A stretch of DNA of 64,000 bases from Sphaerodactylus townsendi (taxonomy: Eukaryota), in NCBI RefSeq assembly GCF_021028975.2, contig NC_059425.1:170996001-171060000 (forward strand). Direction: 5' to 3'. The translations under genes and the position numbers were made by a program. A model generated the notes under the pieces. The model was given only the letters and a program-made list of their open reading frames with translations. It was not told the origin of the DNA and ran no database searches. Positions 36,743 to 49,500 of the stretch are shown here, one piece after another; the stretch's first letter is position 1, and every line of letters begins with the position of its first letter.

Positions 36743-39700
36743 GTGAGTTTGTGGCGCAGGTGGAGGCGGGCAATGGTTCACAAAAGTCGGTTTGCAAAGT
36801 GTAGGTTTCAGTGGACTGGACACCTTTAACGTACGTGCAAATGAGTAATAAACCCAGAATACAGATAAGCAAGGTGACAGAATCAAATCTGCATTGGCCT
36901 CACTACCAAATGGCCTCTCCCTGCCGCATGGAGCTTTTGAAACCAGACATAAACAAATGAATCTCCACTGTTTTGATTGTGTGTTCCTGTGTTGCAGGGG
37001 GTTAGACTGGATGGCCCTTGGGGTCTCTTTCAGCTCCATTATTCTATGAATCCTGCCTTTAATGGTCTGCATAATAACCATGATTGTATGCTGCAAAGTT
37101 TCCACAGCTTCCTATAGCCAGTCTCATAAACTGTTCAGAAAATGGTGGCATGTTTTTAACCATCAAGGCAGATGACATGAGGCCAGATCTACACCTAAAA
37201 AAAAATTAAATCTGTGGAAAGAGGGGAGAAGCTGAGAGGGGTTCTGTTTCTCTGCACCAGTTTTCTTGCTGTGTCGTTTTCCTGACCTCCAACACCTTCC
37301 GCAATCCAAGACTGCTAGTTGTTTCTGGGAGGGAAACATGCAAGTTTTCTTGTTAGCAAATGTTCTCATGGGAACATACGTAAACTTCGTTGTTCGTGTG
37401 AAAAAGACTCAGGTATAGGCTCAGTTAAGGGGGGGAATGAATACCTGGGGATCTGCTGGAATTAAAGCTGATCTACAGAGATCCATTCCCCTGTAGAAAA
37501 TGGATGCTTTGGAGATGGACTCAATGGCATGATACTCCAATGAGATCCCTGTCTTCCTCAGGATCCATCCCCAAATCAACGGTTTCCCAGCCTGGATCTG
37601 GTAACCCTATTTCCCCAGTCCAGCCCCACTTTGAAATCCTATCTGCTATGCTATTTCATAATTAAAATATGATCTGTTCACAGATCTTTAAGTATCGCAT
37701 TTGGCTCAGCTCTACATTCACATATGATAATAAAGGTCTTTTTTTTTCTTTTGATGGCTATTCCTTATAGTATTCCTTTACGTTATGATTTTTAACAGCT
37801 CTTGTTAATGTTAAAATCAATTCTTATGAACTGCTGTATAAAAGGAATGTTTGTAAAAATGGTAGACTTCACTGAGCTTGAAATGGGAGGATCACATAAA
37901 GAGCTGGTAGTGCTTGTGACTTTTATTTATTTTTATATTAAATGGCCGCATGTAACTGAAGATTCATACGGTGCACGAGTAATTTCAGCTGTTGAGGCCC
38001 TTTCCGCGCATGCAGAATAATGCACTTTCAATCCACTTTCACAATTGTTTGCAAGTGGATTTTGCTATTCTACGATCCAGCAGCAAAGTGCGTTGAAAGT
38101 AGATTGAAAGTGCATTATTCTGCATGTGTGAAAGGGGCTTTGAGAGAGTCATTTGTTTTCTTTTAGGACAGCCATGGAGTAAAACTTCCATGTGGGCCAA
38201 AGGCCTGATGGTGTGTAGCGAGATTGCTGAAGCTGCTAGTCTGGCTGGCTCAGTTGGGGGTGGTGTATATTATTTGTTAAGACCCTACTTATGCCTCTGC
38301 TGTATGAGTGCTGTACAATAGGATTTAGATTCCAGGTTTAGAAACCTAATCTGTAAGATCCTTTCCAACTCTGACAATTTGCAGAGGTTATGTCAAATTT
38401 CCTGAGAAACCTCCCTCCTAAACCACGTTCCTTTCTCCCATCTACTTCTTGCTATACCTTAACAAAATTGTTGATTCCCTTCCTTCCAGTTCTTGGAGCA
38501 GTGGAATATCTTCTGCTAGAACAACCAACTCACGTAGTGTTCAGCAACAGTACCGTCTCGCTTGAGTTCCGCTATTACCATGGCGAGAACGTGACACTGA
38601 AAAACACGTCCATCTCGCTGCTAGAAGCGGGCACCAACCAAACCGTTGCAAAGAAAGAGCTCCCACAAAGCCAGGACCAAGATATTGTTGTATTTGAATG
38701 TTATCATTTTAAGACTGCCGGGAGCTACTGGTTCAGAATGGTCTCTGAAATCAGCAACGGCACCGATACCCGGTGGAATGAAGAGAGACTTCCTCTTAGC
38801 GTGACGTGGCCTGAATTTCATATTGATCTAAGGAGGACCTCGGAGAGACTTGGAAATTCCCTTCAGCTCGGACTGTTCACCAATGAACATTTATGCCAGA
38901 TAAATAAGACAGTGATTTCTCTGGATGTCATAATGACTAGCAGCTTATATGATTTAGGAACACTGATTTCAAATGAGACTGTAGGTCTGAGAACTAGCAA
39001 AGAACTGTTTCTTTCTAGGTCCCAGTGGGTGACAGTTGACTGTCATGTTGTTGGTCTGTTAGCGTATGTTGCAGCTCTACTGAAACCAGTGAAGTCCCAC
39101 TCAATCATTGCTTCAACAGGACCTGTAGACATTGTGCACAGATTTGGATACAAGATCATTGTGACGCAAGAAACAATGTGCGAGTCTTCCATTGTGGTTT
39201 CAGTCGTTCCTCCTCCGTGCACTTCCGCTGTGGGACACATTGCTGTGTTCAAAGATCCTCTTGAGCCTCTGAGTCCAAAGGCACCAAGGATACTTGAAAA
39301 CATCGTGAACACAGAGGCCAATCGGATAGAATTCAACTGCACCATGTTTGACGAGGGAACAAATAAATACTGTTTTGAGTTTAGGCGTTCAAGCCGTATA
39401 GAGTCACCTCCGCGAGCGAAAGAATGTGTGCTAATTCTAAGGAATATTGGTCTGTATTGCCTTTCAAAAATGCTTTATCAGAAAAGTTCATGGGTTATGG
39501 TGGTCATATGCCATTCATCTGTGCACGGCAGAACCTAGAATGTAATTGTAATCTTACAGCAAAATGCATGATCTGTAGTCTTCTGAGCTGTACCCAGGGT
39601 GGAATTCTATAAGACCTTCTAGAACAGTGGTGGCAAACCTTTGGCACTCCAGATGTTATGGACTACAATTCCCATCAGCCCCTGCCAGCATGGTTCGCCA

Positions 39701-42700
39701 CCCCGGTTCTAGAATCTTTTCTCCCATTTTCTGCTGGTCCTGAGCTGGATGATGACAAGGGAAGAGAGAAATTCTGTAACGTCTAATGGGGATCCCTTCC
39801 CAATGGATTCATCTTTACTTTGTGGGTGTGGGTAGATTGCTTAGAAGTTTCTGTCCTGTCTTCTTTCCTGTTGATTGTATGCATGAAACTAGTGGGTAAA
39901 GTCACCTGGAGATATAACCCCCATACATGGACAACATGCAACTTTGTCTTACACAGAAATTACTAACAAGCTAACTGGACAAGATTAAAGTAATAATGGT
40001 CTGTAAGCAGGCCAACAGGCCATGACATAGGGCAGCTGAAAGGGCCTCAGAAATCTGCCAGGGCCTACACCCATCAACCTGCCTTCCCACATTCTTCCCC
40101 TGCCACCCTCCCACATACCCTTCCTCTGGGCACCCTCAGGCACTCCTCCAATCTCACCTGTGCTCCTAGCTGAATATGCTGTCCAGTGATACCGAGAAGG
40201 GGTGCACAGCTGGCAGTAATTTTACAAAATGGAAGCCTCTGCCCCCCACACAGTGGAAGGGGTGGTGGTGAGTAGACTTTCAGGCAGGTAGGAGAGTAGA
40301 CATCCATGGAGCATGCAAATTAGTGGGCAGAAAGACAAGTGGAAGCAGAGCGCCTGGAATAAGGCAGGGGAGGGGTCCCAGGGGATGGGATACTCTCTGC
40401 TTCAGACTCCCCCAAACCTGGAGTTGACCCTGTCCACGAGTCCTTTGATCTGGCTGCTTCACATAACTGTCTCCTGCACCTGGTTTTTTTTAAAAATCTC
40501 AGTATTTTTTGGGACAAATTGAAATGGATTAATTAAAAAGTATTGTGTTTCAGCATAAACTACAGTCCCGAGTATTTGACTGGGATTTGGTATGAAGGGT
40601 TTTGGCTAACTTTAAAAATCTGCTATAAGGAGGCAAGGGCTGGAAAGACTTGCTAATACCTAGTTGCCCACTCTTCTCTCGTAAACCAGGATACGTGCTG
40701 GGCGGATACATGAGGGGAGACGCATTGCTACCACTCTCAGCAAGCATCCCCAAACGGGTAGGCAGAGAATTATCTCTCCCAAGACCCCACTTGCCAGAAG
40801 GTATTCACCTAGAGTGTATTAGAAGAAGAGAAGAGTTTGGATTTATATTCCCCCTTTCTCTCCTGTAGGAGACTCAAAGGGGCTTACAATCTCCTTGCCC
40901 TTCCCCACTCACAACAAACACCCTGTGAGGTGGGTGGGGCTGAGAGAGCTCTGAAAAACTGTGACTAGCCCAAGGTCACCCAGCTGGCATTTGTTGGAGT
41001 GCACAGGCTAATCTGAATTCCCCAGAAAAGCCTCCACAGCTCAAGTGGCAGAGCGGGGAATCACAACCGGTTCCTCCAGATTAGAATGCACCTGCTCTTA
41101 ACCACTACGCCACTTCTGCTCCTCATGTTACCATGAACTTGGTTCATGTTGGTCTTCACTGCTGACAGTATTATTATGGATAGGCCCTTCCTTCTCCAGA
41201 TTTGTGACCTAGTGGCTCTCGAAGTCCATTCCTTGCCCTCCTCTCCTGTAGTGACCAGTGGCCGTTTCCCCTTTTAACTTGCTTATGCATCTGACGGATT
41301 CTTTGGATAGCTATATTTCTCATAAGAGATCTGAAAATTATGACTATCAGTACACATGTGAGACTTTCTTATGCTGAGTCAGAATATTGGTCGGTATTGT
41401 CAGCTCTGACTGTCAGGAGTTCTCCAGGATTTCAGTGAAAAGCAGTAATCCTAATTTAACCTAATTTAAGGATAGTGGGATGGATTTTAGCATTCTCCAA
41501 GGAGCCTTCCACTGACAGAAGAGCGACATAAGTTTCTTAGACTGGAGGAAGGCTTCAGACTTTGTTCAGTGGAGTGAGAGGATAAATGCTAAATCCACCC
41601 CATTACAATTATATAATTTCAAAGAATTAGTTGCTTTTAAGTAACACAACTTCAATCTATCCACAGGACACTGGAGTGTTTGGCAGGCCTGGAGCCCGTG
41701 TAGTGTGACCTGTGGGGACGGTGTCCGGGAGCGTTATCGCGAGTGTCTTGCATCGTTCCCAGTCCTTTTAAAACAAGGTTGCAATGGGAAGAATCAGGAG
41801 ATTTCTCCATGTTCTTTGGAGGAATGCTCTAGTACGTAAGCTTGATGATGGGAAGACATCTCTGTTCCCTTCTTCCTTGAGCAGCTGTACGAGTTCTCTC
41901 TGTCCTAGACCTTATTGTTTGTGTGACAGTCAGGCAGATGGAGGTTAAAGATGGAGCCCAAATGTAGTCTGTGTCTAATAACAAGTGCTTTTATACGTTA
42001 GGTGTGGGGACAACATTTAGGAATGGATGCCTCTCTAATTGAGATGTATATTCAGATTTGTTACATCAGATTAATTTTGAGGCTATGATCAAAGAAAAAA
42101 ACTTTTTGTAGTACAAATAGAGTTATAAGGAAGCACCAGTACACTTTATTTTGCATCTTTGATTCGTGTAAGTTAAAATGCTATGCATTTTCCAAGACTA
42201 GAAAGCAATGCATTTTCCAAGACTAGAAAGCAATGGAATAATAGGTGCTTGGTTTCATACAAAAAATGATATTTATTCATTTTTTTATATATATATATAT
42301 AATAGTTTACTATGGTATTTATTTTGAATTACACATATAATATATGGGGGGCCATAACCTGTGGCCTCTAAAGGTCTTAATCTGTCCCTGCCCCCATCTT
42401 TATTGTTCCTTAAAACTTTTAAAACCTTTTAAAAGGGATGTACAAAGACAAAAATATAACAATAGTGGTGGTGGATCTACACATAATTTTCTATACGTTC
42501 TATTTTTTTTATATTTGAAAACCATTTTTATAAATTTATGGGTAGATCTGCCACCACTGTTGTTATATTTTTGTCTTTATGTATCTTTTAAAAAGTTTTT
42601 TTTCTGCAGCTACTTGTTCTTCTGCCTTTTAACAGCCACAGCAGCAAAAGTTACGCACAGATGTTTCTCAGAACACTTCCTAGTCCTCCTGTGGTTCCTG

Positions 42701-44396
42701 CCATCCCTACTTCTGCTGATCTAGGCAGATGGCATCAATGGCCCCCTCTCAGAAATCTTGTGGTACTAGCTGTTGAGGTACCTGTTAAGGCATGAGGGGG
42801 AAATCCTCCCATCGCCTTATTGTTAGTCTTGGCAGGAATACTTATTCTCATCTTAAGCTGTCCACCAAGAAGAGCTGATAACCCAGAAATAACTCATTTT
42901 TACTTGATGTCTATCTCTTGACAATTTACAGCTCCATGTTAATAGGCGTCACGTTTCCTAATTGAAAAAAATATCTTGTCAATCTGTAGATACCCAGTAA
43001 AGTTTTTTCCTTTGTTTCAGCCACTAAGTCTACACCAATCAGTACTCTGCATCCTGAAGGAGGCCAGAAGAGCAGTAATAATCTGGTAACTATTACTGGC
43101 ATATCTCTGTGCTTGTCTATCATCTTTGCAACCATCCTTATCACTTTGTGGAGGAAGCTTTGCAAGGCTCACAAGTGTCGCACCCCCGTGCGCTGTGATT
43201 CTGCCCACTCACCCGGCTTCCGGAAGAATTCCGATGAGGAGAATATCTGCCAAGAGAGACGGCAGCGAGAGAGCTTTTCTGAGGGGAGAGAAGCCCCTTG
43301 TTCGGAATCTCTTGAGATACCTTTAAATTTCAGGAGAAGTCGCCATTTTGCCCATGAAGAAGAACAAGGAGGAGAAGTTTCTGGCACTGAGAGCTTTCAG
43401 GCCAGTGCTCAAAAAATAATCCCACCTATTTTCAGCTATCGCCTAGCTCAGCAGCAGTTGAAAGAAATGAAGAAGAAGGGTCTCACAGAAACAACCCAGG
43501 TTTATCACGTTTCCCAGAACCCTCTGGTGGACACTATGAGCACAGAAAACCAAGAGGCAACGGCGACAGCAAATAAGTTCAGAATCAAGTCTCCTTTTCT
43601 GGAGCAGCCACCCAACCTTCTCAATGTATCTGGGGAACGGCCATGTTCTAGCATGGATTTTAAACTGCCACGGGCCCGTCGTATCCTGAGCCCCAGCCAG
43701 ACCTTAATTCATCAGCTAAGATATGAAGACAGAGGAGAGCAGCTAGGAACAGGCTACCCAAGATGCTCACAGTTCCGCCGGACAGCTAGTTTTCACGAAA
43801 CAAGAAAAGCCAAGCCATTCAGAAAGAGAAGCATGTCGACCCTTCCACCACGTCAGACCCCACACTACCCTTGCCGGCCCAGAACAAGGGACCTTGTTCC
43901 AGACGAACAATATCATCTTAAATCTAAAGAGATCGTTGAGAATATAGAAGAGCTCCCCCTGTATCACAACACTGCTTCAGCTAATGAACCTTTGACCTAT
44001 GAGCCACAGATTCCCCACCAATGGGAATCTCCTGGGAAAAAACTAGATCTAGTCAGTAGTCGTCAGACTACTACTTCCCAGGTACTATGTGCTGAAAGAC
44101 CAGAGCAGAAGAGAAACAGAAAGGTCCCTTTCCAGAACCACAGGGATAGTTGGAAGAAAGAAACTCTCATATTATCTGTCAGAGAGAGCCAACAGAGAGT
44201 GAATACGCTCAGCCCTTCCCAGTACAGAAAGAGCAAATGCCAGAGCTTTCCATCAGACCCCAAATACCACTTTTATGACAACACTTCTTTTGGTCTAACC
44301 GAATCGGAACTGCAAATCATTGATCTGCCTGGATATTTTGGCTCCAACGAAGGAGATGAAACAAGTACTCTAAGCATGGAAAAACTGGTGCTTTGA
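36685..44396 (+). CDS. THSD1: Thrombospondin type-1 domain-containing protein 1, 4 coding exons, 852 aa type I membrane protein
   Basis: Join 36685-36742, 38490-39449, 41667-41831, 43021-44396 = 2559 nt. Signal peptide MTQALKEFSNLLLVVLCDYVLG, TSP1 WSVWQAWSPCSVTCG, TM LVTITGISLCLSIIFATILITLW, C-term DETSTLSMEKLVL*. Confidence 0.96.
38490..39449 (+). CDS. THSD1: THSD1 exon 3 (ectodomain)
   Basis: ccag|(V)LGAVEYLLLE...AKECVLILRNI|gtctgt, within ORF 38390-39538. Confidence 0.93.
39625..39706. mobile_element. Internally deleted hAT MITE
   Basis: 8-bp TSD ttctagaa. Confidence 0.8.
41667..41831 (+). CDS. THSD1: THSD1 exon 4 (TSP1 domain)
   Basis: acag|(G)HWSVWQAWSPCSVTCGDGVRERYRECL...CSLEECS|gtacgt. 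Confidence 0.95.
43021..44396 (+). CDS. THSD1: THSD1 exon 5 (TM and cytoplasmic tail)
   Basis: ttcag acceptor ends 43020, in frame with ORF 43113-44396. Confidence 0.95.
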
Positions 44397-46334
44397 ATGG
44401 CATTCCGTTGACACAGAAGAAACTGTATGGTGATTGGCCAAAATGTGGTGAATGACTTTTAAAGTAACGCAACCGTAGGATTCAATTTCCATCTCTGCCG
44501 CAAAACGACCCAGTTGTTACTGCTATTCCCACTTTTGTGAATACACACCTAACTGCCTAGGAAAAGATTGTGAAAATGGATACTCTGACATACAGATAAG
44601 TTCCAGATTTTTCTACTGTGTTGCCATATTCACTGATCCTGTCACAGCTGGTTTATGAACTGATCCCAGATGCTCCTTAGCAGGACCAACAGTTTATAAG
44701 GTTGGGTTCCAGGGCCCAAGTGGTAGTTCTTATCCAACAGCCAGTTACAGCAGCCGCCCTTTGCAATAATTCTCTCTCTTATCCCAGTTCTTCGTTTGAG
44801 CAATTGGGGAGGGCGTACATGTGGCACCGGCACTCAGAGGCCCATCTGAGTAAACATGGATTGGGCACCTATGCGTGTGATAAATTTGCAGTGAGATTAT
44901 AGAGGTACTTGGGGAACCACCAGACTGCTTTGCCTCCATGAGCTTAACAGGGGAGCTCTTTTATTTTAATTGTGGTTTGCTTTCCAGAAACGACACCAGC
45001 TTGTTAGCTTTCCAGATTTAGCAAAGCTCTGCTTCCAGTTATAAATTAGTCCTCTTGTTCACAGAAACAGGAGAACCACCTTCAGAACTCTACAGGAAAT
45101 GTATCCTTCCAGACCCCAAGAGACTACTACTGAAGTACCAGCAGAAAATTCTATTTTGATTACATATTTTGGACTTATTCTCTCCCATGACCAGTGGACA
45201 AATTGATCTAGCAGGTTGCTCCTGTATGTTTGTACCCTCCCGCTCCCCGAAAGTATAAATGAGAAAAGAAGCACAAACAGTTTAGAAAGTAGTTTATACT
45301 ACATGGATTAAAAAATACTGATACAAAAATAAAGGAACTTTTCATATAACTACATTTCCTAATACTTGGGTTGGGGAAGACATGTTTTCCATTATTGCTG
45401 CCAGTTCCTTAATTTCATTCCACAGATTATGAATATGCACACAATCATTTTATCCTATAGCATCGCTATTTGCACTTTTTTGAGGGAGAGGTCTCAGGTA
45501 ATATATGGCCCAGGTGCTATGTTCAAACATCCACTCCCAGCAAAGATGTGCAGGGTTTTGTTAGAATATCAACATGTTCTATTTTTAAAAAACATATTTT
45601 AATTTACTCAAAATAAAATGTAATTCTTCTAGGAAAAGAGACAAAGTCTGCTTCTATTAGATTTCCCACTTTGGGTTTTCCTTCCCCTCCAAACCTTCCA
45701 GAGCCAATAAACTATATAATGGGAAGGACTCTGATACATCATTTTTTAAAAAAAGGATTGTTGTGCCAAATGGTTTCTCTTTGGGGGAAATGTTTTAATT
45801 TTGGGAATAAGGGGAAGGTATTCCGTGCACTCAACGAAGAAAAATGGATTATACAATTTTTTGCAGAATTGATCACTGCTGGATGGTTTACAACATTTTC
45901 ATATTTTGTTTTTGCAGGACAAAAGGGTTTTTTTCTGTAATTGAGAATGTTGCATCTGTTTCGAATTAGGAAAACAAGCTTGAGGACTGTTTTACACATT
46001 TCTCTGGGTAAACTGAGCAACACCTTCCTTCTTAGTTCTGGCTGGTTGACAGTTCTATTCTCCCCTCAACAGTAACCTGTTTCTGCTAGTCTGTGCTACA
46101 GAGGAAAAGCCATAGGAACATGATTCTTTACCTGGCCAATTAGCAGAATCAGACAATCAACTGCTACGAGAAGCCCAAAGCAGAACACAGCATGGGAACT
46201 GCCCCATAGCTCATGATGTGTTCGCTGTAAAAATTTTAGAAGTCGCTGCTGAGCCGGTGTAGCTCTAGTTTTGTCACTTGCAATTGAACTGATCTTTAAA
46301 TCTAACTGAAGAATGCATATAATACCTAAAAGGA

Positions 46335-46340
46335 TTTATT
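46335..46340 (-). terminator. Candidate poly(A) signal of the FGL1-like gene
   Basis: AATAAA on the minus strand, 40 nt after the stop codon. Confidence 0.6.
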
Positions 46341-46380
46341 TGCGCTGTATACTGTCTTTGACATGCATACTGGGATCGCT

Positions 46381-46558
46381 TTAGTGTTCACCATCTCCAC
46401 TCTGTATGTCAACAAAAGACAGGAGCCTGATCTTCATGGCGGTGTATTTGAGAGAATACCACAGCCCTCGCCATGTTGCCCAAACGACTCCGTTGTCAGT
46501 GGAACCGGTATATTCCCCGTTGTTATAATATTGTCCGTTGAGGTTTGCTGCATGGCAT
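46381..46558 (-). CDS. FGL1-like last coding exon
   Basis: [58 protein letters not shown]. Confidence 0.93.
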
Positions 46559-49500
46559 CTGGTGGACATGAAGGGAGGAGAGGTCAAAACAAGGGGTTAG
46601 CAGAGGACAAAACTTCGGCACAAATTCATAAAGCTACTGTTGTGAATACTTAAGTTTGCTTTCAGTGTTATGATCTTGTTGAAAAAACATAAAGCAAAAA
46701 GTTACTCCTCCCTCAGTCTTCTCTGTGCAAAACCTTGGTTACCTCATAAACCAAATATGGGTACAGTGTAAAACAACAAGGACAAACAAAACAACTGTGC
46801 CCCTGGCTGCCATGTCAAAGATCACTCTCAAGCCTAGAAGGTGCAAAAGAAATTTAAAGTGCAGTGCAATCAAAATATATACAAATATGGCAAAATATTC
46901 CCATGTCATAAATCCATATCATAACCTAGCAGCTTACAATCAATGTAAACAAGTTGCATATATAAGGTAGGTGAACAAACACCATCCAAATACCATAAGC
47001 TGCCAGAATGTAATCCAACTGGTGAAGTCTTTATGCACACTGGAAAGACACAAAATCTCTATGCGTGCACTTGAGGTACAATACTAAGTTCCCTCGGTGA
47101 CTTCCCAGTAGATTTAAAGACAAAACGCAGTCAAGCAAGGTTCCATAGGGTCAGAGCCATGAAAGTTCATAACCGTTAAGTCCAAAACGGGCTTCTATGG
47201 TAAAAGATCCATGTTTTCAACAATGTCTTCTTCAGTGGAATAGTATATCAGAAAACTATATTGCATGAGCCACAATTTCATCTTATGCGTGATCAGACAG
47301 ACCTCTGAAATCCTTATCTCCCATGTTTGGAGCAACTATACAAGGGACCAAGTAAACTGATTCAGCTTCTAGAGCCCGCTCGTCCTGTCGTGTTTCACAT
47401 AACTTGTCAACTCACCTGTTATACCACCACCCGCTTTTGTTCTCTTCTGCACAGTTGCCTTTCAGGAACCTGTCGTTGTCCTTGTCATAGGTGGAGAACT
47501 GCATTCCACTGAGTGATGCCGACCACTGTTGCTCATAGTTGCCCCCTCCAGATAAAGCATCCCCTGCAGTCCCAGAGAAGGTGCCAAACCATATCCTATA
47601 CTTATCCTACAAGTAATGCCATGAAAAACATCTGTTAAGAAGGGTCAGATATGAGTAACCAATTACATGGTCCAGTGTACAGAAAGACATCTCCATCTAG
47701 AGACCTTCATTAGTCTTCCTTATGAGGAGAGGCTGCAGCGTTTGGGACACTTTAGTTTGGAGAGGAGACGTCTGAGGGGGGATATGATTGAAGTCTATAA
47801 AATTATGCATGGGATAGAAAATGTTGAAAGAGAGACATTTTCCTCTCTTTCTCACACTACTAGAACCAGGAGGCATACATTGAAAATGCTGGGGGGAAGA
47901 ATTAGGACTAATAAAAGGAAACACTTCTTCACGCAATGTGTGGTTGGTGTTTGGAATATGCTGCCACAGGAGGTGGTGATGGCCACTAAGCTTTAAAAGG
48001 GGCTTGGACAGATTTATGGAGGAGAAGTCGATTTATGGCTACCAATCTTGATCCTCTTTGATCTGAGATTGCAAATGCCTTAACAGACCAGGTGATCGGG
48101 AGCAACAGCCGCAGAAGGCCATTGCTTTCACCTCCTGCATGTGAGCTCCCAAAGGCACCTGGTGGGCCACTGCGAGTAGCAGAGAGCTGGACTAGATGGA
48201 CTCGGGTCTGATCCAGCTGGCTTGTTCTTATGTTCTTATGTCTTCCTGATGACTTATGGCAACCCCATAGGGTTTTCAAGGCAAGAGATGTTCAGAGGTG
48301 CTTTGCCATTGCCTGCATCATGACCCTGGTATTCTGTGGAGGCCTCCCATTCAAATATTTGCCAGGGTCTACCAGAGGAGTATCAGGGGGAAATGGTGCT
48401 TGAGAACAACACCTGCTCTGAACGCCTCCCTGCTCTCAGGGGTGGGACTCGGGGGTAGGGGCGGCTCAGACAGGCATTGCAGCGACAGCAGTCTGGCAGC
48501 GCTCCCGAGCCCTGCCCCCGAGGGCCTGGGGAGGGAAGGAGTCGGCTCTGATGGGCGCCGTGGCAGCAGGCCAGCTCTGTCTTTAGGTGCCTCCCCCACG
48601 CTGACCCTACTGTTCCGAGGGTGGGGGGGTGATTTTGACCTCCCCCCGCTGTTGTGCCCTGGGTAATTTGACCCCGCCTGTCCCCGTGGGTGGTACGCCA
48701 CTGACTTCTGAGATCTGAAGAGATGGTAGCCTGGCCCAATCCAGGTCTGTATTAAGTATGACTTTCTGGAGCATTTATAGAGCAGATCCCCTCCCAGTAT
48801 TTATTCTCACTGACAAATAGGGACATCTTTTTCAATGACCTCAAAACTGATTACCGACCTTCCCATTCTTCATCTGAAAATTGTCATAAATGGCATATCT
48901 CGTCTCCCCCTGCCAGTCCATCAGGTCAATTTTCAACAACGCTTCCCCTGGAATATAAAGTGCTATGTTAGGGGGGAAAAATGGACAAGAATGGGTTTAC
49001 AAGATTCGAGCACACAGAAGGATTGTCCTTACCTCTCTGCAGCAGGTGATAGATCTTATCATTTCCCAGCCAATATTCATCGTCTTTGCCCTGGAGCTGT
49101 CCAAACCCCTGTTTGTAATCAGCCCATCTTCTGCAGGGAAGAGACACACACATTTAAATATTGGCACACAGTTACAACAGAGTAGAATTCCTACATGCCA
49201 GCTTCCAAGTTGACGGTGCCAGCTTATTCGTCAGCTCTGTGCAAGTAGACTGTGTTATTGTTATCTCTAAACCAAAATATGTGGGTACAAGCACATATTT
49301 CACATGAAGGTAAAAGACACAAGTTCCATGTAGGGCAGTGATGGCGAACCTTTTTGAGACCGAGTGCCAAAATTGCAACCCAAAACCCACTTATTTACTG
49401 CAAAGTGCCAACATGGCAATTTAACCTGAATACTGAGGTTTCAGTTTAGAAAAAACGGCTTGCTCCGAGGTGTACGTTATTCGGGAGTAAGCTTGGTGAA

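Noticed and set aside
44397-46380. THSD1 / FGL1-like 3'UTR overlap
   Set aside because: Each gene has AATAAA candidates that avoid overlap (about 45328-45711 on +, 46335-46340 on -); nothing in the sequence requires overlap
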